Source: Nitrospinales bacterium (lineage in GTDB: Bacteria > Nitrospinota > Nitrospinia > Nitrospinales > VA-1). Taken from it: a stretch of DNA of 64,000 nucleotides. The notes beneath the pieces were generated by a model. That model was not told where the DNA came from and did not search any database. It saw only the letters and a list, made by a program, of their open reading frames with translations. Below, piece by piece: positions 62,029-64,000 of the stretch. Both the position numbers and the translations under genes were made by a program. Position 1 is the stretch's first letter, and every line of letters begins with the position of its first letter. The stretch lies in NCBI GenBank assembly GCA_965223345.1, contig CBDCWG010000012.1, forward strand, positions 2,336,001-2,400,000. Reading direction: 5' to 3'.

Positions 62029-64000
62029 ATGAACGACATCAAAGACGCTTCCGCTCCCGTCTGGCACACCCTTTCCATCGAACAGACCCTGAAGCGCCTG
62101 TCGGCGACCGGTCTCGGATTGTCCGCTGCCGAGGCGAGGCGGCGGCTTCAGGAGCAGGGGCCCAACGAACTGGTCTCGGCGGACCGGGTTTCGGCGTGGA
62201 CGGTGCTGGCGAGTCAGTTCAAGAACGTGCTGATCGTCATCCTGCTGATCGCCACGGTGATCTCGGCGTTTCTCGGTCATCCCATCGAATCGATCGCCAT
62301 CGCCGTCATCGTCCTGTTTGCCATCGTTCTGGGGTTTCTGCAGGAATTCCGCGCCGAACGCGCCATCGAAGCGCTGAGAAAAATGACGGCTCCGGAAGCG
62401 CGGGTGGTGCGCGAAGGGCGGGAAATCCGCATTCCGGCGCGCGAGGTGGTGACCGGCGACGTCATCCTGCTGGCGCTCGGCGACAAGGTACCCGCGGACG
62501 CCCGCGTGGTGGAAGCGGTGAACCTCAAGGTGGACGAATCCTCGCTCACCGGAGAATCGCTGTCGGTGGAAAAGCAGTGCAATGCGTTGGAGAGCGACAC
62601 GCTGCCCGTCGGCGACCGCAGAAACCTGGTGTATTCCGGCACCGCCGTCACCTACGGCCGCGGCCGCGCGCTGGTGGTCGCCACCGGCATGGGCAGCGAG
62701 TTCGGCAAGATCACCGGGCTGCTGAAAACGGTGACGAAAACCAAGACGCCGCTGCAGGAAAACCTGGACCGGGTCGGCAAGGTGCTGGGCACCGTCGCTC
62801 TGTTGATCGTCGGGGTCATCGTGTTTTTCGGCGTGCTGCGCGGCGCACCGCTTCTGCAGATGTTCCTGTTCGGCATCGCGCTCGCGGTGGCGGTGGTTCC
62901 CGAGGCGCTGCCTGCGGTGATCACCATTTCCCTGGCGATCGGGGTGCAGCGGATGGCGAAGCGCAACGCCCTCATGCGGCACCTGCCGACGGTCGAGACG
63001 CTGGGCAGCACGTCGGTGATCTGCTCGGACAAGACCGGGACCCTGACCAAGGACGAGATGACGGTGCGCCGTCTCTGGTTGAGCGGCCGCCGGTTCGAGG
63101 TCACGGGCTCGGGCTACGATCCGCACGGAGCGTTTGAAAACGACCACGATCTCGGGCCGGATTTTCCCTGCCTGATCGAGTTTCTGCGCGCCGCGGCGCT
63201 TGCGTCGGATGCCCGGCTGGTGCAGGAAGACGGGCTGTGGACAATTCAGGGCGATCCCACCGAAGGCGCGCTCGTGGTGGCGGCGGCGAAAGCGGGCCTC
63301 AGCAAGGAGAGCCTCGATCGCGAATGGCCCCGCAGGGCGGAGATCCCCTTCACCTCGGAGCGCAAGCGCATGTCCACCCTGCACGCCGGGCCGGATGGCG
63401 AGGTCTTGTATTGCAAGGGCGCGCCGGAAGTGGTTCTCGCTTTATGCACGCGGCTGCGCACGCCTGACGGCGAGTGGGAGCTGCACGCGGAGGATATCCG
63501 CGAGATCGAGCAGGTGGCCGCGGACATGGCCTCGCAGGCGCTGCGCGTCATCGCTCTGGCCTGTAAAAAGCGGCCGGGCGCGGACGATGCGGAACAGGAT
63601 CTGGTGTTTCTGGGGCTGGCGGGCATGATCGATCCGCCGCGACCGGAAGCCAAGGGAGCGATCCGCACCTGCGTCGGGGCGGGCATCCGGCCGGTCATGA
63701 TCACCGGCGACCACCCGGCCACGGGAGAAGCGGTGGCGCGCGAGCTGGGGCTCTTGCGCGAGGGGCATGTGGTCACTGGCCCGGAGCTGGAGGCGCTGTC
63801 CGATGCCGAATTCGAACGCCGGGTCGCTGACATCGACGTGTACGCGCGGGTGTCTCCGGAGCACAAGCTGCGCGTGGTGCGGGCGCTGCAGAAGCAGGGC
63901 AATGTGGTGGCGATGACCGGCGACGGGGTCAACGACGCGCCGGCGCTCAAAAAAGCCGACGTGGGCATCGCCATGGGGATTACGGGCACCGACGTCAGCA
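62029..64000 (+). CDS. Cation-transporting P-type ATPase (type II, Ca2+-like), truncated at window end; absent from the ORF track
   Basis: In frame from ATG at 62029: GPNEL, DESSLTGES, VPEALP, CSDKTGTLT (63028), KGAPE, DPPR, MITGD, GDGVNDAPALKKADVG. Confidence 0.93.
   Translation, partial: MNDIKDASAPVWHTLSIEQTLKRLSATGLGLSAAEARRRLQEQGPNELVSADRVSAWTVLASQFKNVLIVILLIATVISAFLGHPIESIAIAVIVLFAIVLGFLQEFRAERAIEALRKMTAPEARVVREGREIRIPAREVVTGDVILLALGDKVPADARVVEAVNLKVDESSLTGESLSVEKQCNALESDTLPVGDRRNLVYSGTAVTYGRGRALVVATGMGSEFGKITGLLKTVTKTKTPLQENLDRVGKVLGTVALLIVGVIVFFGVLRGAPLLQMFLFGIALAVAVVPEALPAVITISLAIGVQRMAKRNALMRHLPTVETLGSTSVICSDKTGTLTKDEMTVRRLWLSGRRFEVTGSGYDPHGAFENDHDLGPDFPCLIEFLRAAALASDARLVQEDGLWTIQGDPTEGALVVAAAKAGLSKESLDREWPRRAEIPFTSERKRMSTLHAGPDGEVLYCKGAPEVVLALCTRLRTPDGEWELHAEDIREIEQVAADMASQALRVIALACKKRPGADDAEQDLVFLGLAGMIDPPRPEAKGAIRTCVGAGIRPVMITGDHPATGEAVARELGLLREGHVVTGPELEALSDAEFERRVADIDVYARVSPEHKLRVVRALQKQGNVVAMTGDGVNDAPALKKADVGIAMGITGTDVS

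Overview
Bacterial chromosomal window with no rRNA, tRNA, CRISPR array or intact mobile element that I can recognise. The gene mix tentatively suggests a Nitrospinota-like organism, but that is inference only. All family assignments come from motif recognition, not from searches. (1) 0.8-16.1 kb is a visibly AT-richer Wzx/Wzy-type surface polysaccharide locus with many tailoring enzymes: two deacetylases, an AsnB amidotransferase, two FemAB-like GNATs and a dimethylformamidase-like protein. It is followed by a NamH/CMAH-like MBL-Rieske hydroxylase fused to an IS3 OrfA-like HTH. (2) 19-24 kb holds a ThDP enzyme plus ALDH pair divergent from gdhA, a possible 2-oxoglutarate bypass. (3) 24-48.6 kb is a mixed region: msrAB, a collagen-like protein, a sigma54-driven dihaem DUF3365 protein, typA, TPR/ankyrin/OMP proteins, a Cys-free thioredoxin-fold protein, an unannotated 59-aa Hc1-like protein, and an operon encoding a Tes/GDGT-MAS-like radical SAM enzyme, a DUF547 lipoprotein and a MauE protein. 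(4) 48.7-58.7 kb is a group 3b [NiFe]-hydrogenase operon with an embedded cNMP-binding gene, a protease and hypAFCDE (Zn-less HypA, no hypB). It is divergent from a flavodoxin, NfnAB and a P-type ATPase that runs off the window end.
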